Part shown: piece after piece, positions 37,886 through 49,129 of the stretch
Position numbering within the stretch: position 1 is the stretch's first letter
How the letters are laid out: every line of letters begins with the position of its first letter
Assembly: GCA_963832855.1 (NCBI GenBank)
Contig: CAWHVT010000002.1
Span: 476,378 to 540,377 of the forward strand
Reading direction: 5' to 3'
From: an uncultured Acidobacteriaceae bacterium
Lineage (GTDB): Bacteria > Acidobacteriota > Terriglobia > Terriglobales > Acidobacteriaceae
Length of the DNA: 64,000 nucleotides
The notes under the pieces: model-generated
Told to the model about the DNA's origin: nothing
Seen by the model: only the letters and a program-made list of their open reading frames with translations
The model's database searches: none
Program-made: the position numbers and the translations under genes

Positions 37886-38740
37886 GTGGGCGCACTCATC
37901 GTCAACGCCGATGATTTTGGGCTGACCAAAGGCGTCAATCGCGCCATCGTCGAATTGCACGGCGTTGGCCTTGTCACCAGCACTTCGCTGATGGCCCGCG
38001 CCGGCGCGACGGAAGAGGCCATCGATTTTGCCGTCCGGACGCCGACCCTCGGCGTGGGCTGCCATATTGTGCTAGTCGACGGTGAGCCTGTGCTGCCGCC
38101 GGATCGGATTCCCTCGCTCGTCGATCCGAAGACCGGCAGTTTTCCGAATTCGCTGGCCACATTTCTGAAGCGCTTGTTTAGGGGCCGCATCTGCGCGGCC
38201 GAAATGGAAGCCGAAATTTCCGCGCAGATTGCTCTCTTGCAACAGCGCGGCGTTCGCCTGACGCACGTGGATACGCATAAGCACACGCACGTTTTCAGCG
38301 CGGTTCTGCGGCCGCTGCTGCGAGCAGCACGCTCGGCCGGAATTCGCGCTCTCCGCAATCCCTTCGAGCCGCACTGGTCCACCCGGGCTACGCGTCGCGC
38401 GCATTGGATGCGGCTGGCGCAAGTGGGAGCGTTGCGCTGGCTGGAGCCCGCATCGCGGCGAATCATCGAGGAAGAAGGTTTTGTGACCACCAGCGGCACA
38501 GTCGCCGTGGCGGGCACAGGGATTCTCGACGCCGATACCCTGCGTTCCCTGCTCCGGAGCCTGCCCGCCGGCACATGGGAGCTGGTAACGCATCCCGGCT
38601 ACAACGACGCCGACCTTGACCGCGTTCGCACGACGCTGCGAGCCACGCGCGACGTGGAGCGTGCGGCGCTCGCTGCTCTCAAAGAATTCCCAGCCATTGA
38701 ACTCAAATCGTTCGCCGACCTCCAGCCGCACTCGCCTTGA
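37886..38740 (+). CDS. hpnK: ChbG/HpnK (YdjC) family deacetylase
   Basis: LIVNADDFGL, VGCHIVL, THVDTHKHTH, ELVTHPG. Confidence 0.85.
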   Translation: MGALIVNADDFGLTKGVNRAIVELHGVGLVTSTSLMARAGATEEAIDFAVRTPTLGVGCHIVLVDGEPVLPPDRIPSLVDPKTGSFPNSLATFLKRLFRGRICAAEMEAEISAQIALLQQRGVRLTHVDTHKHTHVFSAVLRPLLRAARSAGIRALRNPFEPHWSTRATRRAHWMRLAQVGALRWLEPASRRIIEEEGFVTTSGTVAVAGTGILDADTLRSLLRSLPAGTWELVTHPGYNDADLDRVRTTLRATRDVERAALAALKEFPAIELKSFADLQPHSP

Positions 38741-38862
38741 CCAGTGAACCGCGCGCCTTTACGGTGGACTCGCCGGCGCGCTCACTGACTCTGTGCATCG
38801 TTTGTGTACTCCCGCGCGTCCAAAGCGTAGCGGCAAAGCGAATTCAAAGGTCAGAAGGGCTC

Positions 38863-40002
38863 ATGCGCATCGGAATTACCTGTTATCCGACATACGGCGG
38901 CTCGGGCGTTGTGGCCACCGAGCTGGGCATTGAACTCGCCGTCCTGGGGCACGAAGTTCATTTCATCTCCTATTCGCAACCCTTCCGGCTGAACGGCCGC
39001 GACAACGGTATTTTTTACCACGAGGTTCCCGTCTCCAACTATCCGCTGTTTGAATTCCCTCCGTACGATCTGGCGCTGGCGTCGCGCATGGCGGAAGTGG
39101 CGGAGTTTAACTCGCTCGACCTGCTCCACGTTCACTACGCGATTCCTCACTCGGTTTCCGCGCTGCTGGCCCGCCAGATGCTGGCGGCGCGCGGCCGGCG
39201 GCTGCCCTTTGTTACGACTCTCCATGGCACCGACATTACACTGGTTGGCCTGGATCGGAGCTATCTGCCGATTACGCGCTACGCGATCCAGGAGAGCGAC
39301 GGCGTGACCAGCATTTCAAATTACCTGCGCGAAAGGACAATCGCCGACTTCGACGTTACGCGGCCCATCGAGACCATTACCAACTTCGTGAACTGCGACG
39401 TCTACACACCGATCAAAGACGAGGCGACGCGCGCACGCTGCCGCGCACATTACGCGGCGCCAGACGAGTCGCTGCTGGTGCACCTTTCGAACTTCAGGCC
39501 GGTGAAACGGGTTACCGACGTGGTGAAGATTTTCGCGCTCGTCGCGCGCGAGCGCCCCGCGCAACTTATTCTGATCGGTGACGGGCCAGACCGCTCCGCC
39601 GCCGAGTGGCTCGCGCACGACCTCGGCATTCACGCCCGTATTCATTTTCTCGGCAAGCAGGAGCGTGTGAGCGAGCTGCTTGCCCTCGCCGATCTTCTGC
39701 TGATGCCGAGCGAGCTGGAATCCTTTGGCCTGGCAGCGCTTGAGGCCATGGCCTGCAAGGTTCCCTCGATTGCCACGCGGGTTGGCGGGGTTCCAGAGCT
39801 GATTGACGAAGGAGTCACTGGGTTGCTCTTCCCTGTTGGCGATGTCGAGGGCATGGCCCATGGCGCGCTGAGCCTGCTGAACGATCCGGCGCGACTCGAC
39901 GCGATGCGCGAGGCAGCCCGCAAAGAAGCGCAGAAACGCTTCTGCGCCACGCTGGTTGTGCCCCAGTACGTCCGCTATTACGAGAAGATCCTGGGGCAGT
40001 AG
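38863..40002 (+). CDS. bshA: N-acetyl-alpha-D-glucosaminyl L-malate synthase
   Basis: MRIGITCYPTYGGSGVVATELG, HVHYAIPH, TTLHGTDIT, SNFRPVKR, ESFGLAALEAM. Confidence 0.93.
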   Translation: MRIGITCYPTYGGSGVVATELGIELAVLGHEVHFISYSQPFRLNGRDNGIFYHEVPVSNYPLFEFPPYDLALASRMAEVAEFNSLDLLHVHYAIPHSVSALLARQMLAARGRRLPFVTTLHGTDITLVGLDRSYLPITRYAIQESDGVTSISNYLRERTIADFDVTRPIETITNFVNCDVYTPIKDEATRARCRAHYAAPDESLLVHLSNFRPVKRVTDVVKIFALVARERPAQLILIGDGPDRSAAEWLAHDLGIHARIHFLGKQERVSELLALADLLLMPSELESFGLAALEAMACKVPSIATRVGGVPELIDEGVTGLLFPVGDVEGMAHGALSLLNDPARLDAMREAARKEAQKRFCATLVVPQYVRYYEKILGQ

Positions 40003-40082
40003 GGCTGCGCGTCAACCGTGAGCAGGCGCGATTTCGGGGCGTGATTTCGGGCACGGTTCCGGCGAGAAAGAATCGAATTTCA

Positions 40083-40096
40083 CAAGAAATTTCTTG
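40083..40096. promoter_or_regulatory. Perfect 14-bp palindrome CAAGAAATTTCTTG
   Basis: About 50 nt upstream of ATG 40145. Confidence 0.3.
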
Positions 40097-40144
40097 CGTA
40101 ACATGCCTCCGGTGGTCTTATCCTGCTCTCACTGGAGGTCATCC

Positions 40145-40630
40145 ATGAGAATTGGGAAAGCACTGACCTTTGGCGTGATTTGCGGACCGGCGCTGCTCTG
40201 GGCTCAGGCTGCGGGCGGCGCTTTCGACGGCACCTGGACTACGAACATGTCCTGTGACGCGAGCACCCACATGCCTGCCTACACCTGGACTTTCGTGAGC
40301 ACGATAACCAACAGCAACTTCCACGGCCAGCACGGAGAAGAGGGGGGGCCGGGCTACATGGTGATGGACGGGGCGATCGGATCCGACGGCTCGGCAAAGC
40401 TACACGCCAAGGGGACGGTGCAGGCGGGGAAAGCAGGACTCGTGACTCAACTGAAAGGCAACAAGTACGACTACTACGTTGACGCCAGGTTCACGGGCAC
40501 AACGGGCACTGGCAAGCGCGAGGAAGGCGCGGGGATTCTGGGCCGGCCGTGCAGTTTTGAGTTCACCAAGCAGACGGATACAAACGCGCCGCCCACCGCC
40601 CCGGCAACGCCGCCGCCACCTGCGCAATAA
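40145..40630 (+). CDS. Hypothetical secreted beta-rich protein
   Basis: Signal peptide, FDGTWTT motif, Pro-rich tail. Confidence 0.7.
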   Translation: MRIGKALTFGVICGPALLWAQAAGGAFDGTWTTNMSCDASTHMPAYTWTFVSTITNSNFHGQHGEEGGPGYMVMDGAIGSDGSAKLHAKGTVQAGKAGLVTQLKGNKYDYYVDARFTGTTGTGKREEGAGILGRPCSFEFTKQTDTNAPPTAPATPPPPAQ

Positions 40631-40682
40631 GGATTCGAGTCGACCGGTGCCACCCGCACTTCTGGTGAAGGAGGACCAAGCT

Positions 40683-41264
40683 GTGACCGCGCGCCAACGC
40701 AGGATTCACACCGAGCTTGCCGAGGCCGCGGTCCGTATCTTTGCCGCCAACGATCGCCTGAACCAGATTCTTATCGAGAGCATTGATTCTGCTGCCTGGA
40801 AGGCCCAACCGCCGGGGAGAGTCCGCACGATTGCTGCCATCTTCACGCACATGCACAATGTGCGCATGAAGTGGATCATGCTCACGGCGCCGCACCTGGG
40901 AGTTGTGCCAAAACTCAACCGCGCACGGTGCACGCCGAGCCAGACTCGGAAGGCGTTGGCGCGGAGCGCCGCGCTCTGCACGGCAATGCTTGCCGAAGCG
41001 CTCAATACTCGCACAGGGGGCGACGGCCGCATGACGGAGTTTCGCAGGGATGGTTGGGCTCGTCCATGGCCGGCTGGGCCGGAGATGCTGTGCTACATGA
41101 TTTCTCACGAAGCTCACCATCGCGGGCAAGTGTGCATGCTGGCGCATCAGCTCGGATTCCCGCTGCCGGGCAAAGTGACGTCGACTTTGTGGAGCTGGGA
41201 GAGGCTATGGAAAGAGGGCGGAACGCCCGGCGGACGCACGGCAAGCAGCAGCGTTAGCGGCTAA
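40683..41264 (+). CDS. DinB/YfiT family protein
   Basis: IFTHMHNVR and HEAHHRGQ His motifs; GTG after AGGAGGA. Confidence 0.85.
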   Translation: MTARQRRIHTELAEAAVRIFAANDRLNQILIESIDSAAWKAQPPGRVRTIAAIFTHMHNVRMKWIMLTAPHLGVVPKLNRARCTPSQTRKALARSAALCTAMLAEALNTRTGGDGRMTEFRRDGWARPWPAGPEMLCYMISHEAHHRGQVCMLAHQLGFPLPGKVTSTLWSWERLWKEGGTPGGRTASSSVSG

Positions 41265-41318
41265 TTTAATAGCCCAAACCGAGCCACTACCGGGCGTTCT
41301 TTATCCTGTTCCCAGCCC

Positions 41319-42427
41319 CTACAGCGTCCGCTTGAAGAGCGGGGTGGCAATGAGCAGCGTGGTGATGCCGAAGATGGTGAGGAACGCGAGGTCGCCCCAG
41401 ATGGCGATCCAGCCGCCGTCTTTGAGAAGAACGGCCTTGAAGCCGTGAATCGCATACGTGAAGGGATCGACAACGCTCATGGCCTGCATCCACCTGGGAA
41501 ACGACACCGTGGGATACATGGCGCCTGAGGGATATAACAGGAGCACATTCAGCACGCCGAACATGGCGCGCGGCACCAGCGGATCGTCGACACGCACCAT
41601 GAGCAGAAACATCATGCCGTTGAAGGCAATGGAACCGGCGATGATGAGGCTCAACATCTGCAGCATAATCATGGGATGAAAGACAATGCCCAGGCCCGCG
41701 ATGAGCGAGCCGATGACCCCGATTGATATTCCGCTGAGCGTGGCCTTGATGGCGCCGGCTATGTTGAGGCCGAAAACGAGTTCCAGCTTGGTGATGGGCG
41801 TGACCAGGTAGCCCTCGTGGACGCCGCGCGCCTTGTCGTCGATGTAGAGCATGCCGCCGCCGATCATGACCGAGATATACATTGCCAGCGCCACTGTCAT
41901 GGGCAGGAGATACTTCAGATAATTGACGTAAGGGTAGAGCTCCACGATCTCGAGGGCGATCGACTTCGAGAGCCGGTCCTGAATTTGCGGCGCATTCATC
42001 GCGTCGAGCAGCGATTGCATCTCCGCTTCAAGACTGGCCGAGGTGAACAGGTCGGAGTTGTCGACGACGAAGCCGAGCTGGGGGGCGTCCTGCGCGTAGA
42101 CGCGGCGTGAGTACTGCTCGGGGATAATGACCGCGGCGTCGATTTTGCCGGTGCGCACGTCCTCGCGCGCCTGCACCTCGTTGGGATAATCGACGGTGGT
42201 GAAGGTCTTGATGTTGGCGGCGACGGCATCGAATGCCTCGCGCACCTTCACCGCTTGCGGTCCATGGTCATGGTCGACCACAGCCACGTGCGTGCCGACA
42301 ATCTTGCCGCCGAACGCGTTGCCGATAATGATGAGCTGCAGGATGGGCAACATCAGCGACATGATCATCAACGTGGGCGAGCGGAAAAACTTGCGCATCT
42401 CGCGCTCGATGATGGCAAACATTCTGT

Positions 42428-42431
<4 letters not shown>
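41319..42431 (-). CDS. ABC-2 exporter permease (YbhS/R-like)
   Basis: VAVVDHD periplasmic domain, YLLP, DPFTYAIHG. Confidence 0.9.
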
Positions 42432-43467
<1,036 letters not shown>

Positions 43468-43471
<4 letters not shown>

Positions 43472-44532
43472 TGCTTCACCAGCTTTGCCTTGGGGATGTA
43501 GACATAGGCCGTCATGCCGGGAACAAATTTTTCACCAGGATTGGGAATGAGGAGCTTGAGTTGAATGGCCTTGATGTCGCGCTTCATGCTGTTCACGTCG
43601 CGTTGTGTAGCGAAATCGCCTTCCGCCGCTTTGGCGATGACTTTGCCGTAGAGGGTGTCGCCGCTGGGCATGACCACGCGCAGCGAATCGCCCAGTTGCA
43701 CACTGTCAGCCTGCGTCTCCGGCAAGGGCGCGTAGACCCAGGTTTGCGAAAGGTCCATGATGGTGACGATGGGCGCGCCGACGGTGACCACTTCGCCTTG
43801 CCGCGCGGCCCACACATCGACCTTTCCGTCAATGGGCGCGAGGACCTGCGCGTAGCTCTCCTCGACACTCGCTTCCTGGGCCAGTGCGCGCGCATTTGCC
43901 TCTTCCGCGCGCGTTTCTTCCACAGTATGCTCCGACACTGCGGTCAGCAGCTCATGGGCGCGTGCCTGGCGCAGGTTGGCTTGCGCTGCGGAAAGATTGT
44001 CGCGCGCCGCGTTCACTGCGGCCTGCGCAGCTTGGAGGCTGGTCACGGCTTCGTCCCGCGACTGAGTGCTCATGATTCCCTGCTTCTCCAACGCCACGGT
44101 CCGGCTGGTATCGGCCTGCTGATGCTCGAAGTTTGCCTGCGCCTGCGCCAGCGCCGCCTGCGCCGCCCTTACCTCGGCCTCCGCGCTCACCGTCGCGCTG
44201 GAAGTTTCACCGCGGTTCTGCTCTTCCGTTTCCACAGTGCCGTTCAGCTTCGACTTCTCACTTGCAGCCGTTGCCTGAGCCGCTTTGAGCGCAGCGGCGA
44301 GATCATCGCTCTCGATGGTGGCGATAAGCTGGCCGGACTTTACCGGGTCGCCCTCCTGAACCGTCAAATTCTGGATGCGGCCGGGTATTTTCGAGCTCAC
44401 AATCACTTCGTTGGCGTCGACCGTGCCGACCAGTTGCAGATCGCCGCTGCGCTGCGTGGTAAGCAAGTACCAGATCAGCGATCCCACGGTCAGCAGTCCC
44501 AAGATCAGAAAAACTCGATTTCGCGCGTTCAC
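43468..44532 (-). CDS. HlyD family membrane fusion protein (YbhG-like)
   Basis: VSSKIPGRI, EGDPVKSGQL, APIDG. Confidence 0.9.
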
Positions 44533-44539
44533 TCGCTTA

Positions 44540-45268
44540 TCACCTCAAACTTTTGAAATCGGCGAACTCCGGCATGGGCGAGTCCTCGAGAACCCGCGCC
44601 GCGAGCTTCGCACCGTGCTCCCGGTCCTGAAAGATCGCCTTGCCCAGAAAATCAACCAGCGCCACTCTGCGTGCCTGCAAGGCATCGCGATCGAAGGGCT
44701 CGAAAGGCAGAATGTGACGCCAGATGGGCGCGCTGAGGAAATAAAAAACGTTTCCGCCGAGCGCCGCGAGCACCATCTGCAGCCAATCGGCTTCGATGAG
44801 TTCGCCCGAAGCGATGCCTTCGCGGACCATGGACTGAAACATCGCATGCAGCGGCGCGAAGATTCGCTTGACCAGGATCAGCAGCTCGCCTTCTTCGCCC
44901 TTGTGCAAACGCATCATCTCGTGCTGCATCAAGGTTTGGAATTCGCGCTGCGTCAAAATGCGGTCAAAATGATCGAGGGCGGCGCGAAGCATCCGCTCGC
45001 CGGGGCTGGCCTCGCGGAGGAAAACCGCCATGGAGCGGTCGCGCACCCGCGCCGAGACCATCTCCAGCGCCGCGGAGTACAGCTTTTCCTTGCTCTCGAA
45101 GTAGTAATAGAGCAGCGCCTTGTTGACGCCGGCGGTTTGGGCGATGTGCTCGGTCCGCGCGCCGGCGAGGCCGTTGGCGGCAAACTCGCTGAGGGCGGCG
45201 TCGAGAATGCGGCTGCGGGTCTCGGCGGAGCGCTCGGCCTGGGGCTCGGAATGGGTGTTGAGGGCCAT
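44540..45268 (-). CDS. TetR/AcrR family regulator
   Basis: RILDAALSEFAANGLAGART..IA..AGVNKALLYYYF.SKE.LY. Confidence 0.93.
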   Translation of the reverse strand: MALNTHSEPQAERSAETRSRILDAALSEFAANGLAGARTEHIAQTAGVNKALLYYYFESKEKLYSAALEMVSARVRDRSMAVFLREASPGERMLRAALDHFDRILTQREFQTLMQHEMMRLHKGEEGELLILVKRIFAPLHAMFQSMVREGIASGELIEADWLQMVLAALGGNVFYFLSAPIWRHILPFEPFDRDALQARRVALVDFLGKAIFQDREHGAKLAARVLEDSPMPEFADFKSLR

Positions 45269-45278
45269 GGTTCGCGAG

Positions 45279-45298
45279 TTAACTAACTGGTTAGTAAA
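45279..45298. promoter_or_regulatory. TetR operator candidate
   Basis: ACTAAC-TG-GTTAGT (45282-45295), 14 nt upstream of the tetR ATG. Confidence 0.65.
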
Positions 45299-45387
45299 TT
45301 ACACCAGACGCGGTCCCAAAGGCAAGCTCCCCCTAGAAACCGCCTCGACTTTTTCCCTTATCATTCAGATTTTTGGAGCTTTACGGA

Positions 45388-45798
45388 CTAGGACTGGTGC
45401 CCTTGCCGCGCCACGACCTGCCGGATCGGCTCATTATCGGCATAGACCCGCCACTCTGCTACCTTGCCGTGTTCCACCTGCGCACGGAATGCAGCAGGCG
45501 TTTGCCAGCGATTTTCCGCGGCCGCTCCGGCGCCGCCAGCATAGGTCCCCTGCGCCGTGCCCAGCAGCACCACGATCGGCCCATCACAGAAGGTCTCTTC
45601 CACGGCGATCGTGTAGTCCGGAACCATTGCAAAATAGCTCTTCCAGCCTGCCCGCATCCGATCGCGGCCCTCGACAACATTTCCCAGAGAATCGACAAAC
45701 CTGTGCTCCTCAGTCATCAGTTCGGCCAGAGCATCCACATCCTGCCGGTTGATGGCCCGCACGAACGCTCGGGCTACCCCTTCAACTGATTCGCTCAT
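45388..45798 (-). CDS. SnoaL/NTF2-like protein
   Basis: AFVRAINRQDVDAL, FVDSLG, WRVYADN. Confidence 0.85.
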   Translation of the reverse strand: MSESVEGVARAFVRAINRQDVDALAELMTEEHRFVDSLGNVVEGRDRMRAGWKSYFAMVPDYTIAVEETFCDGPIVVLLGTAQGTYAGGAGAAAENRWQTPAAFRAQVEHGKVAEWRVYADNEPIRQVVARQGHQS

Positions 45799-45854
45799 AC
45801 GACCTCGCTTTCAAGCGCGCCCCCAACTCGCCGCTTCTTACTCTCTATCTTGTC

Positions 45855-46760
45855 TTAATCGAATACGACCGTCTTGTTCCCATAGCACAAAATGCGGCGG
45901 TCGAGGTGCCAGCGGACGGCGCGCGAAAGGACCATGCGCTCGAGGTCGCGGCCGCGGGCGACGAGATCCTCGACCTGGTCGCGGTGCGAGATCCGCGCTA
46001 CATCCTGCTCGATGATGGGGCCATCGTCGAGCACCTCGGTGACATAGTGGCTGGTGGCGCCGATGAGCTTGACGCCGCGTGCGTGCGCTGCGTGATAGGG
46101 ACGCGCGCCGGTAAACGCCGGCAGAAACGAGTGGTGAACATTAATGATCGCTGCGCGATAGTGAGCGACGAATTGCGGCGAAAGAATCTGCATGTAGCGC
46201 GCGAGAACGACGAGATCGATCTGGTGCTGCGAGAGCAGAGCGAGCTGGTGGGCCTCGGCATCAGCGCGCGTTTCGGCGGTCACGGGCACAAACTCAAACG
46301 GCACACCATAGAACGCGGCCAGCTTTTCGACTTCGCGATGATTCGAAACGATCAGCGGAATTTCGCAAACCAGCTCGCCGGCGCGCCAACGGTGCAGCAG
46401 GTCGGCCATGCAGTGCAGATATTGCGAGCAGAAGAGCGCTACGCGCGGGGGGCGTTCGCTCGAGGTCAGCTTCCAGTTCATTTCGAGCTCGGCCGCGATG
46501 GGCGTGAATTCCTGACGGAACGCCTCGAGGTCGAATGGCTTCGGGTTGTCAGGCGCCGTCTGCCTGACACTCCCCTCGTCCAAAGGGCTGCCGTCTGCAA
46601 GACCCCACTCCACGCGCATGAAAAAGAGGCCGAGGTCATGGTCGATGTGCTGGTCAGCGTGGAGGATGTTGGCGCCACGCTCATAGAGGAGACCGGAGAC
46701 GCGCGCGACAAGGCCCTTGCGATCGGGGCAATCGATCAAAAGAACAGCCGAAGCTTTCAT
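45855..46760 (-). CDS. purU: Formyltetrahydrofolate deformylase
   Basis: DCPDRKGLVA ACT domain, LARYMQIL, INVHHSFLPAF, GATSHYVT. Confidence 0.96.
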   Translation of the reverse strand: MKASAVLLIDCPDRKGLVARVSGLLYERGANILHADQHIDHDLGLFFMRVEWGLADGSPLDEGSVRQTAPDNPKPFDLEAFRQEFTPIAAELEMNWKLTSSERPPRVALFCSQYLHCMADLLHRWRAGELVCEIPLIVSNHREVEKLAAFYGVPFEFVPVTAETRADAEAHQLALLSQHQIDLVVLARYMQILSPQFVAHYRAAIINVHHSFLPAFTGARPYHAAHARGVKLIGATSHYVTEVLDDGPIIEQDVARISHRDQVEDLVARGRDLERMVLSRAVRWHLDRRILCYGNKTVVFD

Positions 46761-46841
46761 GGTGAGAACAGATTACGACATCGCCGCCGGCGAGAAAACA
46801 GCGGGAGCATGCGCGAGCCTCGCTCCCGCTCGCAAGGCTCC

Positions 46842-48215
46842 TCAGTCGTAGTATTCAAGGCCGAGGTGCGTGATGAGGTCCGCGCCCATGATGTGGCGCA
46901 ACGTGTTTTTGAGCTTCATCGACTGGATGAAGAGATCGTGCTCCGGGTACAGGCCTTTGGCGGTTTGCGGTGACTTCAAGTAAAAGCTGAGCCACTCCTG
47001 AATGCCGATCGAACGAAGCTCGGGCGTACGCTTGGCCAGGTCGAGGAAGAGCACGAGGTCGAGCGCGATGGGCGCGGCCAGAATCGAGTCGCGGCAGAGA
47101 AAGTTGACCTTGAGCTGCATGGGATAGCCGAGCCAGCCGAAGATGTCGATGTTGTCCCACGCTTCTTTTTCATCGCCGCGCGGCGGATAGTAGTTGATGC
47201 GGATCTTGTGGTAGATGTCGCTGTAAAGATCGGGATAAAGGTCGGGCTGAAAGATGTATTCGAGCGAACCGAGCTTCGATTCTTCCTTGGTTTTGAAGGA
47301 GTGCGGCTCGTCGAGGACTTCGCCGTCGCGATTGCCGAGAATGTTGGTGGAGAACCAGCCCTTGACGCCGATCATGCGCGCTTTGAAGGCCGGGGCGAGC
47401 ACGGTCTTCATGAAGGTCTGGCCGGTTTTGAAGTCCTTGCCGCAGATGGGCGCGGCGTTCTGCTTGGAAAGCTCGATCATCGCGGGAAAGTCCACGGTGA
47501 GGTTCGGTGCGCCATTGGCGAAGGGCACGCCCTCTTTGAGCGCCGCGTAGGCGTAGATCTGCGAAGGCGCGATGCCAGGATCATTTTTCTCGAGTCCCTT
47601 TTCGAAGGCTTCGATGGATTGATGCACGGCGGTCGGCTTGAGGAAAATTTCCGTCGAACCGGCCCAGATCATGACGACACGGTTGACGGTTTTCCTGAAG
47701 GCGCGAATGTCGGCCCGCAACTGCTCGGCCAGATCGCGCTTGGTCTTGCCCTTTTTGACGTGCGTGCCGTCGAGGCGCTTGACGTAGTAGCGATCGAAAA
47801 CCGCGGGCATGGGCTTGATCTTGGAGAGATAGGGCTTGAGCTTTTTGAGAGTTTCGGGCTGCAGAACCGCTGCGTGCGCGGCCGCCTCGTAGACGTTGTC
47901 CTCGAAGATGTCCCAACCGGTGAAGACAATGTCTTTCAAATCGGCCAGCGGAACGAAATCCTTGATGAGCGGCGAGTGGTTATCGGTGCGCTTGCCCAGG
48001 CGGATGGTTCCCATCTGCGTGAGCGAACCGATCGGCTTGGCCAGTCCGCGTCGAACCGCTTCAACGCCGGCGATCATTGTGGTGGCCACGGCGCCGAGTC
48101 CAACGACCATCACGCCCAACTTGCCCTTGGCGGGCTCAACCATCATTGCAGCGGTCTTACGTCCCATCGACGATGGGGCTACATTTTTCGGGCCGCCTTT
48201 TTTCTTCGTTGCCAT
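46842..48215 (-). CDS. ino1: Myo-inositol-1-phosphate synthase
   Basis: GLGAVATT, GKDFKTGQT, NILGNRDG, YYPPRGDEKEAWD, RDSILAAP. Confidence 0.93.
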   Translation of the reverse strand: MATKKKGGPKNVAPSSMGRKTAAMMVEPAKGKLGVMVVGLGAVATTMIAGVEAVRRGLAKPIGSLTQMGTIRLGKRTDNHSPLIKDFVPLADLKDIVFTGWDIFEDNVYEAAAHAAVLQPETLKKLKPYLSKIKPMPAVFDRYYVKRLDGTHVKKGKTKRDLAEQLRADIRAFRKTVNRVVMIWAGSTEIFLKPTAVHQSIEAFEKGLEKNDPGIAPSQIYAYAALKEGVPFANGAPNLTVDFPAMIELSKQNAAPICGKDFKTGQTFMKTVLAPAFKARMIGVKGWFSTNILGNRDGEVLDEPHSFKTKEESKLGSLEYIFQPDLYPDLYSDIYHKIRINYYPPRGDEKEAWDNIDIFGWLGYPMQLKVNFLCRDSILAAPIALDLVLFLDLAKRTPELRSIGIQEWLSFYLKSPQTAKGLYPEHDLFIQSMKLKNTLRHIMGADLITHLGLEYYD

Positions 48216-48354
48216 TGCTTCTCCTAACCTTCCTTTACGGATGATTTCGAAATCTTCCCCAGGCTCGCGCCTGGGACTACCTTCTTTCGCCCGGTACGCA
48301 GGCTTTGAAAAACGTCGCAATGAGTGACGCAAGCCGGGCGCGCTCCTGTTCTGC

Positions 48355-48993
48355 TCATGCGGCATCCGGTTGCCTAACGCGGCTGAGGTGCGACCAGACA
48401 AACCAGACGATCGCTGCCAGAATCGCGATCTCGACGACGAGATGGAAGCGATGAAAGATCTGCTCGAGGCGCGGATCAGTATGCCACCTTTCGCCGAGTT
48501 TCATGCCGGCCCAGGCGAGGCAGATATACCAGGTGATGGAACCCAACAACGTGTAGATGTGGAAGCGCAGCCGCGGCATGCGCGCGATTCCCGCAGGGAT
48601 GGAGATAAATGTCTGCACGACGGGCATCATGCGCGCCAGAAGAACGGCGATGGAGCCGTACTTTGCGAAGAACCAGCCCATGCGGTCCAGATCGTGATGG
48701 CTCATCAGGACCCATCTGCCATAGCGCTCGACGAATGGACGCCCACCTTTGGCTCCAATCCAGTAGCCGATGGCCGAGCCGATGTTGCAGCCCACCATTC
48801 CCATGATTGCCACCATAAAGAGATTGAAGCGGCCGAGATAAACCAGGTAGCCGGAGAACGGCATGATGAGCTCGGATGGGAGCGGGATTCCGGCCGAATT
48901 GATGGCCATCAAACCAATGATGCCTGCGTAACCCCCGGCGCTGATCACACGGGTCACGAACTCCACCAGCAGGGCCAGGATTCTTTCACTCAT
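48355..48993 (-). CDS. DedA family membrane protein
   Basis: IPLPSELIMPFSG, ARMMPVVQTFISIPAG. Confidence 0.92.
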   Translation of the reverse strand: MSERILALLVEFVTRVISAGGYAGIIGLMAINSAGIPLPSELIMPFSGYLVYLGRFNLFMVAIMGMVGCNIGSAIGYWIGAKGGRPFVERYGRWVLMSHHDLDRMGWFFAKYGSIAVLLARMMPVVQTFISIPAGIARMPRLRFHIYTLLGSITWYICLAWAGMKLGERWHTDPRLEQIFHRFHLVVEIAILAAIVWFVWSHLSRVRQPDAA

Positions 48994-49129
48994 GAGCTTT
49001 CCCAGTATAGCCGCTCACGGTGCGCGCTCACGCGCTTTTGAGTTTTGGTTGAGAGTGTGGGCGAGAAGAGACACTGCACACGTCTGCAATTTGCATTTGT
49101 TAGGATGAGATGTGTTCGAGGGAGACTAA

